Shown: piece after piece, positions 1-7,778 of the stretch
How positions within the stretch are numbered: position 1 is the stretch's first letter
How the letters are laid out: the number at the start of each line of letters is the position of its first letter
Assembly: GCA_016296235.1 (NCBI GenBank)
Contig: JAEDJR010000001.1
Coordinates: 8,582-72,581, forward strand
DNA: 64,000 bases
Reading direction: 5' to 3'
Origin: Oscillospiraceae bacterium
GTDB taxonomy: Bacteria > Bacillota > Clostridia > Oscillospirales > Oscillospiraceae
Program-made: the position numbers and the translations under genes
Notes under the pieces: generated by a model
The model's input: the letters and a program-made list of their open reading frames with translations, nothing else
Database searches by the model: none
Told to the model about the DNA's origin: nothing

Positions 1-232
1 CTTCGGCATGCTGGCCATTGTGTCGGTTTTCCTGTTTCCCTTTCTGCAAATCGGCGTATCGTTTCTGATGCTGCGAATCACTTCGGCGCTCAGCGATATC
101 CTGGGAAGCTGCCACGCCGGTCTCCTGGAGGCCATTTCAAAGCTGATGGGCTATCTTCTGGCCATGATCGGCAGCTGTGCGCTGATGAGCCTGCTGTCCT
201 GCTGCTGTTTCCTGAAGGCGGTGCAGCTGTGA
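1..232 (+). CDS. spoIIIAE: stage III sporulation protein AE, C-terminal fragment (gene starts upstream of window)
   Basis: Frame is open to the window edge. Hydrophobic multi-TM tail. Stop overlaps the GTG start of the next gene (GTGA). Followed by AF/AG/AH-like genes in canonical spoIIIA order. Confidence 0.65.
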   Translation, partial: FGMLAIVSVFLFPFLQIGVSFLMLRITSALSDILGSCHAGLLEAISKLMGYLLAMIGSCALMSLLSCCCFLKAVQL

Positions 233-708
233 CGTCTTTGAAGAAATACCTGCTGTCCATCACGGCGGCGGCTCTGCTGCTGAGTCTGGTCATGGCGCTG
301 CTGCCCAGAGGCAGGCAGAGAAAGGTGGCGGCTTTTGTGGGCAGTCTGCTTCTGATTCTCACCGTGATTGCACCGGCCGTCCGTCTGGATCCGGCTCAAT
401 TGGCGGAATCCCTATCAAGACTTCGGATGGAGGCAGAAGCCATGCGAACGGGGATAGAAATCGGGAACCGGGAGATTGTTGCAGCGATCATAAAGGAGCA
501 ATGCGAGGCATATATATTGGACAAAGCTGCGTCGCGGGGCGTTTCACTGCTGGTGGAAATCCGGCTCAGTGAGGAAGGGAGCTACCCTTATCCCGTAGCA
601 GTCACGCTGCGCGGGCATGTTTTGGAACTCGACCGGGAAGCGATCTCCGCCATCATAGAGGAGGAGCTGGGTATTCCGAAGGACAGTCAGGAGTGGAGCA
701 CAAGGTGA
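229..708 (+). CDS. spoIIIAF: stage III sporulation protein AF
   Basis: 159 aa with N-terminal TM helices then a soluble domain. Sits between the AE and AG homologs. Called from position and architecture only. Confidence 0.6.
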   Translation: MTSLKKYLLSITAAALLLSLVMALLPRGRQRKVAAFVGSLLLILTVIAPAVRLDPAQLAESLSRLRMEAEAMRTGIEIGNREIVAAIIKEQCEAYILDKAASRGVSLLVEIRLSEEGSYPYPVAVTLRGHVLELDREAISAIIEEELGIPKDSQEWSTR

Positions 709-1220
709 GGAAGGAAGAATGGAAGCAGCGAGTCGGGAGCTGGCTGAATAAGCTGGGAAAGTACCGGTACACCGTCCTGATACTGCTGCTGGGCGTTGGC
801 CTGATGCTGATCCCCTTTGAAAAGAAAAGCGGCAGCGCTCCTACTGCGGCTCCCTCTGCCGTGGAGGAAGAGCCGCTGGAGGCCCGCCTGGAGCGCCTGC
901 TCAGTCAGGTGGATGGCGCCGGCGCGGTATCGGTCCTGCTGACGCTGGAGAAGGGCCCCCGGCAAACCTATCAGGAGGATACGCAGACCAAAAGCGACGC
1001 AGACGGAACCCAGAGCCAGAACCAGACCGTTCTGGTGTCCGCAGGAGGAGAAGAAGCGCCCGTGCCGGTTCAGACAACTTACCCCATTTACAAAGGCGCG
1101 GTGGTGGTCTGTCAAGGGGCAGACAGGGCCTCCGTGAAACTGGATATCATCCGGGCCGTTTCCAGTCTGACTGGATTGGGCAGCGACAAAATAACCGTCA
1201 TTAAAATGAAAGGCAACTAG
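693..1220 (+). CDS. spoIIIAG: stage III sporulation protein AG
   Basis: N-terminal TM (YTVLILLLGVGLMLI). C-terminal YPIYKGAVVVCQGA...KITVIKM segment typical of the SpoIIIAG ring domain. 16-nt overlap with AF. Confidence 0.7.
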   Translation: MEHKVRKEEWKQRVGSWLNKLGKYRYTVLILLLGVGLMLIPFEKKSGSAPTAAPSAVEEEPLEARLERLLSQVDGAGAVSVLLTLEKGPRQTYQEDTQTKSDADGTQSQNQTVLVSAGGEEAPVPVQTTYPIYKGAVVVCQGADRASVKLDIIRAVSSLTGLGSDKITVIKMKGN

Positions 1221-1231
1221 GAGGAGTCGGT

Positions 1232-1777
1232 ATGAAAATTTGGAAACGAAACGCAATTGTGGCAACGGTACTGGTGCTGATCTGCGCAGGCGTCTATCTG
1301 AACTGGAACGCCAGTCAGAAAACCGCCGTGGATCTGACCCAAACTCTGGATGCCCAGCAGGTCTTGGCCAGCGTCGGCGATTCGGCGGATGCAGCTGCGG
1401 AAGCGTCCGGATCTGCTGCCTCCACAACGGATTATTTCGCACAGATTCGCCTGAGCCGGCAGGAATCCCGGGACGGCGCCGTGGAATTGCTGCAGGAGAC
1501 CCTGGCCTATGAGGACGGCAGTGACAGTGCGGCGGCAGCTGCTGCGTCGCTGGATAGTTTGGTGCGGGACGCCCTGGCAGAATCTCAGATTGAGAGCCTG
1601 GTCATTGCCAAGGGCTTTGAGGACTGTGTGGCCTATATGGGAGAAGACAGGATCAACATCGCGGTTTCGGCTCCGGCGGAGGGCCTGGACACAGCCGATG
1701 TGGCGCTGATCTCCGACATTGTCACCACCCAGACGGACTATACCCTGGATGAGATTTACATTATTGAGGTAAAATAA
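1232..1777 (+). CDS. spoIIIAH: stage III sporulation protein AH
   Basis: AGGAGG SD about 7 nt upstream. N-terminal TM, Ala/Asp-rich linker and a C-terminal globular domain. Last gene of the spoIIIA cluster. Confidence 0.7.
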   Translation: MKIWKRNAIVATVLVLICAGVYLNWNASQKTAVDLTQTLDAQQVLASVGDSADAAAEASGSAASTTDYFAQIRLSRQESRDGAVELLQETLAYEDGSDSAAAAAASLDSLVRDALAESQIESLVIAKGFEDCVAYMGEDRINIAVSAPAEGLDTADVALISDIVTTQTDYTLDEIYIIEVK

Positions 1778-1844
1778 AGCGGACGGAACAAAGCCGCTGC
1801 TTTCCGGGCAAACCGGCTTTGCTGCGGGAGACATAAAAATAAGG

Positions 1845-1872
1845 TTGTCTTTTTTGCAATTTGTGGTACAAT
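1845..1872 (+). promoter_or_regulatory. sigma-A-type promoter with extended -10 (TTGTCT ... TGgTACAAT) for asp23
   Basis: Hexamers read directly from the sequence; about 45 nt upstream of the asp23 start. Confidence 0.45.
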
Positions 1873-1916
1873 GGAGGTAATCATGAAATCCCCATTGTAC
1901 ACGGAGGTCCCTCACT

Positions 1917-2297
1917 ATGAGCGAGAACAAAGAATACGTCTCCCAGACGCTGGATCAAGGGTCCATTCATATTTCCGAGGAGGTCGTCGCCTCCATCGTT
2001 TCCATGGCCGTTCAGGATGTGGAAGGCGTTTATGGATTAAACAGCAATATCGGTTCAGAGCTGGGCAAGATCGCAAAGAAGAACACGGGGAAAAGCATCC
2101 GCATTCTGATTTCAGACGAGGATGAAATTGCCATTGACTGCTACATTGTGGTGCTGTACGGCTATTCGGTGATCGAGGTCGCCAAGGCGGTGCAGGAGGC
2201 CGTGAGCTCCACGGTGGAATCCACCACCGGCCGCAGGGTCAGCAACGTGAATGTCAATATCAGCGGAATTTCCCTCCCGCGCAGCGCAAAAAAATAA
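1917..2297 (+). CDS. Asp23/Gls24 family alkaline-shock/envelope stress protein
   Basis: GGAGG SD 8 nt upstream. Sequence (IHISEEVVASIVSMAVQDVEGV...VNVNISGI) is typical of Asp23/Gls24. A position upstream of nusB is common in Firmicutes. Confidence 0.85.
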   Translation: MSENKEYVSQTLDQGSIHISEEVVASIVSMAVQDVEGVYGLNSNIGSELGKIAKKNTGKSIRILISDEDEIAIDCYIVVLYGYSVIEVAKAVQEAVSSTVESTTGRRVSNVNVNISGISLPRSAKK

Positions 2298-2307
2298 GGA
2301 AAAATAG

Positions 2308-2338
2308 ACCCTTTGTGAAAACAGAGGGTTTATTTTTT
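2308..2338 (+). terminator. rho-independent terminator after asp23
   Basis: 9-bp stem ACCCTTTGT/ACAGAGGGT (one G-U) with a GAAA loop, followed by TTATTTTTT. Confidence 0.7.
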
Positions 2339-2389
2339 GCGTTGTTCCCGGTATAATAGGGGCAGAAAAACACTGAGGAGATTTTTGAT

Positions 2390-2836
2390 ATGACCAGATC
2401 TAACGCCAGAGAAATCGTTGCGCATCTGATTTTTGAACTGAACTTCACCGGCGATTCTGCGGAACAGGCGGTGGACTCCACCATGGCGCCCGGTTATTAT
2501 GAGAGCCTGGCGGATGAAACGGAGATCTACGCCGAACGGCCTAACCAGAAGCAGCTGGACTACATCCGCTCCACCGTGGCCGGGATCCGGGAAAAGCAGG
2601 AAGAGCTGGACGGCTATATCAGCAAGTACGCCGTCAACTGGAGCGTTTCCCGGATTTCCAAGGTAGCCCGGGCGATCCTCCATGTGGCCATGTACGAATC
2701 GCTGTATGTTCAGGACGTGCCGGTCAGCGCTGCCATCAATGAGGCTGTGGAGCTGGCAAGAAAGTATGAAGACGAGGATGTTGTGGCCTTTGTCAACGGC
2801 ATTCTGGGCTCCTTTGCCCGGGATATGGAGCAGTAA
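2390..2836 (+). CDS. nusB: transcription antitermination factor NusB
   Basis: 148 aa with NusB-like sequence (REIVAHLIFE..., AINEAVELARKYEDEDVVAFVNGILG). Confidence 0.9.
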   Translation: MTRSNAREIVAHLIFELNFTGDSAEQAVDSTMAPGYYESLADETEIYAERPNQKQLDYIRSTVAGIREKQEELDGYISKYAVNWSVSRISKVARAILHVAMYESLYVQDVPVSAAINEAVELARKYEDEDVVAFVNGILGSFARDMEQ

Positions 2837-2838
2837 CC

Positions 2839-3762
2839 ATGGTTGTGGGCTTTGATACCAGCAATTATACCACATCTATCGCTGCCTTTGACGGCGTCCG
2901 GGGAGAGAACTGCTCCCGCCTGCTGGACGTCCGGCCCGGAGAGCTGGGCCTGCGCCAGAGTGACGCCCTGTTTGCCCATGTAAAGCGCCTGCCGGAACTG
3001 GCAGACGCTTTGTTCCGGTCTGTGGGAACCGGAGATATCCGGGCCATTGGCGTCAGCACCCGTCCCAGGGCGGTGGAAGGCTCCTATATGCCTTGCTTTC
3101 TGGCCGGTGTGTCAGCGGCAAAGACCATGGCGTCCGCCCTTGGGGTGCCCTGCTATGCGTTCTCCCACCAGCAGGGGCATATTGCCGCCGCGCTCTGGTC
3201 GGCGGATCGGATGGATCTGATGAAGAAGCCCCATTTGGCGTGGCATCTTTCCGGCGGCACCACGGAGCTTCTCCTGGTGGAACCGGAGGGGCGAAACGTG
3301 CGGGCCACGCAGCTGGGCGGCACCAGCGATATTTCTGCCGGACAGATAATGGACCGCACCGGAAAGCTGCTGGGACTGGATTTTCCGGCTGGGAAGGCCC
3401 TGGACCGGCTTTGCGCCGATGCGAACGGGAAGGACTTTTTCCGGGTTAAAACCGCTGAATTGACGTTCTCCTTCTCCGGCCTGGAGAATAAGGTGAATCA
3501 ATATCATCAAGCGGGCCACAGTGCGGCGGATACCGCGTACTTTGCCGTATGCTCTGTCTGCGATGTGGTCGTCCGAACCACCAGAGACGCCCTGCAGAAA
3601 TACCCGGGCCTGCCGGTTGTGTTTTCCGGCGGCGTGGCCTCCAACTCCATGCTGCGGCAGCTGTGCAGCGAGTTTTCTCCCGTTTTTGCCAAGCCTGCCC
3701 TGTCCACGGATAACGCCATGGGCATTGCCGTTCTGACCTGGCTCCAGGAGGTGGGGGAATGA
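2839..3762 (+). CDS. TsaD/Kae1-like (peptidase M22/glycoprotease family) protein, paralog-like
   Basis: ASKHA-fold N-terminus (VGFDTSNYTTSIA). HxxxH-type motif SHQQGH. C-terminal GGVASNSMLR and TDNAMGIA motifs typical of the TsaD/Kae1 family. Shorter (307 aa) than canonical TsaD. Confidence 0.7.
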   Translation: MVVGFDTSNYTTSIAAFDGVRGENCSRLLDVRPGELGLRQSDALFAHVKRLPELADALFRSVGTGDIRAIGVSTRPRAVEGSYMPCFLAGVSAAKTMASALGVPCYAFSHQQGHIAAALWSADRMDLMKKPHLAWHLSGGTTELLLVEPEGRNVRATQLGGTSDISAGQIMDRTGKLLGLDFPAGKALDRLCADANGKDFFRVKTAELTFSFSGLENKVNQYHQAGHSAADTAYFAVCSVCDVVVRTTRDALQKYPGLPVVFSGGVASNSMLRQLCSEFSPVFAKPALSTDNAMGIAVLTWLQEVGE

Positions 3763-4994
3763 TGCAGCAGGAAATTCTCTCTGTTTCCGACGTCAACCAG
3801 TACATCAAGGCCATGGTGGACCGGGACGGCCTGCTTTCTGGACTGTGCATCCGGGGTGAGGTCAGCAATTATAAGGTGTACCCCTCGGGCCATCACTATT
3901 TTACTCTCAAGGACGCCGGCGGCGCGCTGCGGTGCGTGATGTTCAAGGGAAACGCGTTTTCCCTGCGGTTCCGGCCGGAAAACGGTATGAAGGTTCTGGC
4001 TTTTGGCCGGATCAGCGTATTTCCCCGGGACGGCGCCTACCAGCTCTACTGTGAGCGTCTGACTCCCGAGGGCGTGGGGGACCTGTATGTGGCCTTCGAG
4101 CAGCTGAAGGTAAAGCTGAGCCAGGAGGGCCTGTTCGACCCCGCCCACAAGAAGCCCATCCCGGCCTATCCCCAGCGCATTGCCATTGTGACCTCCTCTG
4201 CCGGGGCGGCCATCCACGATATGCTGCGGATCTTGGGCAAGCGGTATCCCCTGACCAAGGTGATTCTGCTGCCCGTGCGGGTGCAGGGGGCTGAGGCGCC
4301 GCCGGAGATATGCGGAGCAATTCGTTATGTAAACCGCTTTCAACTGGCCGACGTCATCATCACCGGCCGGGGCGGCGGCTCTATGGAGGATCTGTGGGCC
4401 TTTAACGACGAGCGTGTGGCCCGAACCATCTATCAATCGGAGATTCCGGTGATCTCGGCCGTGGGCCACGAGCCGGATGTAACCATTTCCGATTTTGTGG
4501 CCGACCTGCGGGCAGCGACGCCGTCCAATGCGGCGGAGCTGGCGGTGCCGGATCAAACGGAGCTGCGGGAGCGGCTTCTGTCGGCCCAAAGCCGCCTGCA
4601 GCAGGCCCAGACGCGGCAGCTGAAGCTGGCCCGCCAGCGGTTGGACGGGTTGAAGAGTAAACGGGTTCTGCAAAGTCCCATGAACTATCTGCAGGACCGC
4701 AGGGTGCTGCTGGACTATCAGCAAAAGCAGCTGACCGCCTGCGCCAGGCAGCTGTTGGCCCAAAAAAAGCAGCGCTTTATTCGTTTGACGGCGGCGCTGG
4801 ATGCCATGAGCCCTTTGAAGGTGCTCTCCCGGGGCTATTCCATGACCCGGGATCAGGACGGCCATGTGCTGCGCGACGCAGGAACTGTGCAGGCCGGATC
4901 ACGGATTACCGTAACGCTGCAGACCGGAGAGATTGACGCAGTTGTGCATACCACACGAGGAGGTACCCATGAGCAAGCAGGAACGGAGCTTTGA
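3759..4994 (+). CDS. xseA: exodeoxyribonuclease VII large subunit
   Basis: N-terminal OB fold (LSVSDVNQYIKAMV...GEVSNYK..SGHHYFTLKD) and catalytic core (ITGRGGGSMEDLWAFNDE). Confidence 0.92.
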   Translation: MMQQEILSVSDVNQYIKAMVDRDGLLSGLCIRGEVSNYKVYPSGHHYFTLKDAGGALRCVMFKGNAFSLRFRPENGMKVLAFGRISVFPRDGAYQLYCERLTPEGVGDLYVAFEQLKVKLSQEGLFDPAHKKPIPAYPQRIAIVTSSAGAAIHDMLRILGKRYPLTKVILLPVRVQGAEAPPEICGAIRYVNRFQLADVIITGRGGGSMEDLWAFNDERVARTIYQSEIPVISAVGHEPDVTISDFVADLRAATPSNAAELAVPDQTELRERLLSAQSRLQQAQTRQLKLARQRLDGLKSKRVLQSPMNYLQDRRVLLDYQQKQLTACARQLLAQKKQRFIRLTAALDAMSPLKVLSRGYSMTRDQDGHVLRDAGTVQAGSRITVTLQTGEIDAVVHTTRGGTHEQAGTEL

Positions 4995-5208
4995 GGAATC
5001 GCTGCGGCGTCTGGAGGAAATCGTGCGCCAGATGGAGCAGGGGAATGTGCCGCTGGAGGAATCCCTGCGGCTGTTTGAGGAGGGAACCGGTCTGGTTTCC
5101 GCCTGCAGCAAGCAGCTGGACGAAGCGGAACTGAAGGTGGTCCGATTGATGAAGGGACCGGACGGCATGCCGGTGGAAGGGGAGTTTTCCGATGAGCAGG
5201 GAATTTGA
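4969..5208 (+). CDS. xseB: exodeoxyribonuclease VII small subunit
   Basis: GAGGAGG SD upstream of the ATG at 4969. SFEESLRRLEEIVRQMEQGNVPLEESLRLFEEG is typical of XseB. Overlaps the xseA end. Confidence 0.9.
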   Translation: MSKQERSFEESLRRLEEIVRQMEQGNVPLEESLRLFEEGTGLVSACSKQLDEAELKVVRLMKGPDGMPVEGEFSDEQGI

Positions 5209-6064
5209 AATCACCTTGAAGCAATACCAGACGGCTGTGGAGGCGTACCTCAACGGCTGCTTTACCAAGGACCGGCCGCAGAAAAAGCTGTTTGAAGCCA
5301 TGCGCTACAGCCTGCTGGCCGGCGGAAAACGGATCCGTCCGGTTTTGGTGCTGGAGTTCTGCCGGATCTGCGGCGGCGACTGGGAGAAGGCCATGCCCTT
5401 CGCGGCTGCCATTGAAATGGTGCATACCTACAGCCTGATCCACGACGACCTGCCCTGCATGGACAATGACGATTACCGCCGGGGCCGGCTGACCAACCAC
5501 AAGGTCTTCGGCGAGGCCCAGGCCGTGCTGGCGGGGGACGGGCTGCTGACGGCCGCGTTCCATACGGCTGCCACAGCGGATGCCGCACCGGAAACTGTGG
5601 TGAAAATCATCGGGATCCTGTCCGGCTGCGCCGGAGAGCTGGGCATGGTGGGAGGACAACAGCTGGACATCGAAGGGGAGAACCAGAACCTCGATGAGGA
5701 GCAGGTGCATACCATTCACCGGCTGAAAACCGGAGCCCTGATTGCCGCGGCCTGCCGCATGGGCGCCACGGCCGGCGGTGCGTCGCCGGAACAGCTGGAG
5801 GCCGCACGCGTATATGCCGAGGCCATCGGTCTGGCCTTCCAGATCCGGGACGATATGCTGGACGTTCTGGGAGACGCAAAAAAGCTGGGGAAGGCCACCC
5901 ACGTAGACGGGAATAAGAATACCTTTGTATCTCTTTATGGCGTGGAGGGCTGCAGGGAACGGATTGAGGAGGAGAACCGGAAAGCCCTCGATGCACTCCG
6001 GGCTTTTGAAGACAATGCGTTCCTCACAGAGCTGACCGCCCGCCTGGCCAGCCGGGAATTCTGA
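5192..6064 (+). CDS. ispA: polyprenyl (farnesyl/geranyl) diphosphate synthase
   Basis: First Asp-rich motif LIHDDLPCMDNDDYRRG and second Asp-rich motif FQIRDDMLD. Follows xseAB as in many Firmicutes. Confidence 0.9.
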   Translation: MSREFEITLKQYQTAVEAYLNGCFTKDRPQKKLFEAMRYSLLAGGKRIRPVLVLEFCRICGGDWEKAMPFAAAIEMVHTYSLIHDDLPCMDNDDYRRGRLTNHKVFGEAQAVLAGDGLLTAAFHTAATADAAPETVVKIIGILSGCAGELGMVGGQQLDIEGENQNLDEEQVHTIHRLKTGALIAAACRMGATAGGASPEQLEAARVYAEAIGLAFQIRDDMLDVLGDAKKLGKATHVDGNKNTFVSLYGVEGCRERIEEENRKALDALRAFEDNAFLTELTARLASREF

Positions 6065-6071
6065 ACGGAAA

Positions 6072-6108
6072 ACACACAGCGCCGAAAAAGTCGGCACTGT
6101 GTGTTTTT
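6072..6108 (+). terminator. rho-independent terminator after ispA
   Basis: 14-nt arms ACACACAGCGCCGA/TCGGCACTGTGTGT (one mismatch) with an AAAAG loop, followed by TTTTT. Confidence 0.7.
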
Positions 6109-6469
6109 GAATCACTGCGACCTGAAATGGAGTACGGTGAATGGGCGCAAAGACAAAAAGTGGAAACCGAAGTGATAGGGAGCCACACTCGGGCGAACCC
6201 GGCGGCCAGTATCCTCAATGCATCGGTTTCCACCGAGGTCAGTGTAGCAGATTTGCTGGAAGCTGTCAAGGCGGGGATCCTGGCAGAATCGGAAGAAGGC
6301 GCAGCGCCGTTCTGGACCGGGACCATCAAAGACGGCGCCCCCCGGCGGCGATACACCTTCTGATATTACTCTATTACAGAATATGATGAATGTCAAGCGG
6401 AGAGATACCGGCTATCCGCTGGATGGTGTAGGTGCTGCAATGTACGAACTGTATGACCATGAATACCTC

Positions 6470-6498
6470 TTGTATATTCGTGAATAATGTGATATACT
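6470..6498 (+). promoter_or_regulatory. sigma-A-type promoter, extended -10 (TTGTAT-17-TGaTATACT), predicted to drive the OLE-like RNA
   Basis: Hexamers and the TG motif read directly. An alternative -10 TATAAT lies at 6503-6508. Confidence 0.45.
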
Positions 6499-6504
6499 TA
6501 CCTA

Positions 6505-7140
6505 TAATAATGGCGCAGTATCCTAGTCAATGCTGCTGGCTCCCAGGAAGGGCCTAAAAATCCTTTAAAGGGCATAACTGTGAAACCCATGGTGCCTGCT
6601 TCTTACGCCCAGTTTGGGGTGGGTGCTGAGGGAAGGCGTAGCAATTACGCCTGCGGAGGAAGGGCGGCCTTCAATGGCATGAAGTCCCCGACCCTGCCTT
6701 TGCGGAGACCTGCCATTGTGCAGGAGCGTACTCCCCGCGTGGTAATCGACTCCTGTACGAGACAGGATGTGAACCTGTATTGCGGTGTGAACGAGGCTTG
6801 CCTCTCAGCGCTGTGTGCAGTGTAGCCTGCCTTGCGTGAACAGATCGGGATTGCGGTGTCAGGCGTGCAGACCTCTGGCCGGAGGCGAAGCACGATATTG
6901 CCGTATGAAAGCCTGTTTGCAAAAGAGGATAAGAGTCAGCGTGCGTTGTTGTGGAAATCACCTAGGCTGTCTGTTACAGAGCAGATAAGGGATTGCAGTA
7001 CGGACTAAGTGGCAATCGGGTCTCTTTCAGGGCAACGGAAAGACGGCTGCTTTCAAGGGAAACCACTTCGCCGGCGACGGGAAGCAGCGGCCGGGGAAAG
7101 CCTACCCGACCTAAGCCGTAAGCTTAATCTTATCTGCTGC
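6505..7140 (+). ncRNA. ole: OLE (ornate large extremophilic) RNA candidate; 5' boundary uncertain
   Basis: ORF-poor ~1.1 kb gap inside a tightly packed operon. Sits in the canonical OLE context ispA-[RNA]-oapA-dxs-tlyA-nadK-argR-recN. The ~630 nt size fits. Several local and long-range helices are visible: 6635-6651, 6672-6679/6711-6718, 7046-7052/7082-7088, 6980-6989/7129-7138. Confidence 0.75.
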
Positions 7141-7168
7141 CATTATTTTTGTGTTTAGGAGGAATTGT

Positions 7169-7765
7169 GTGAAGCGCGGCGGCGAGAAGCGATCGAATAA
7201 AATCCGCATTCAGCCGGATTGGAAGTGGATTACCTCCATTTTCGGCATCACCATTGGAATCTCCGCAACCATGTCCCTGGTTTCCAATGAGGCGCTCTCC
7301 GGAAGTGGGCTGGCGGTATCCTTTGTGGTTCTGCTGGCCATTGTTTTCCTGGGAGTGATCTTTGACATCATCGGCGTTGCCGTGACGGCAGCCGATGAGA
7401 AGCCCTTTCATTCCATGGCTGCGAAGAAAATGCCGGAGGCTGTAGTTGCCATCCGGATGCTGCGCCGGGCCGAACGGGTGTCTTCGTTCTGCAACGATGT
7501 GGTGGGTGATATCTGCGGCGTTGTTTCCGGCTCTGCGTCTGCTGTCATCGCTGCCCGGGCCGTGGTGGGAATGCAGCCTATCTGGGCCCGACTGCTGCAG
7601 CTTCTGATGTCGGCCTTTGTTGCCGGTCTGACCGTAGGCGGAAAAGCTTTTGGCAAGTCCGTTGCCATGAATAACAGCACCGTCATCATCCATACGGCAG
7701 CGAAGCTGATATATTGGTTCAAATCTTTACCCAAGCGTCTGGTCCGGTGGCTGCGCCGGACTTGA
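7169..7765 (+). CDS. oapA: OLE-associated membrane protein OapA-like
   Basis: AGGAGG SD 6 nt before the GTG at 7169. About 198 aa with four predicted TM segments. Lies directly between the OLE-like RNA and dxs, as described for oapA. Confidence 0.7.
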   Translation: MKRGGEKRSNKIRIQPDWKWITSIFGITIGISATMSLVSNEALSGSGLAVSFVVLLAIVFLGVIFDIIGVAVTAADEKPFHSMAAKKMPEAVVAIRMLRRAERVSSFCNDVVGDICGVVSGSASAVIAARAVVGMQPIWARLLQLLMSAFVAGLTVGGKAFGKSVAMNNSTVIIHTAAKLIYWFKSLPKRLVRWLRRT

Positions 7766-7778
7766 CCGGAGGCTTTTC

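Noticed and set aside
3507-4865. 452-aa minus-strand ORF antisense to xseA, and the similar 420-aa ORF at 4853-6115 antisense to xseB/ispA
   Set aside because: The composition is Arg/Gly/Pro/His/Leu-rich and low-complexity, as expected for the antisense frame of GC-rich genes. There is no SD or recognisable family. The sense-strand genes have unambiguous motifs.
6580-6961. Three 81-96-aa ORFs (6580-6825 +, 6645-6893 -, 6671-6961 -) inside the ispA-oapA gap
   Set aside because: They overlap each other on both strands, lack an SD and fall in a region with extensive RNA-type complementarity in the canonical OLE position. I interpret the region as ncRNA.
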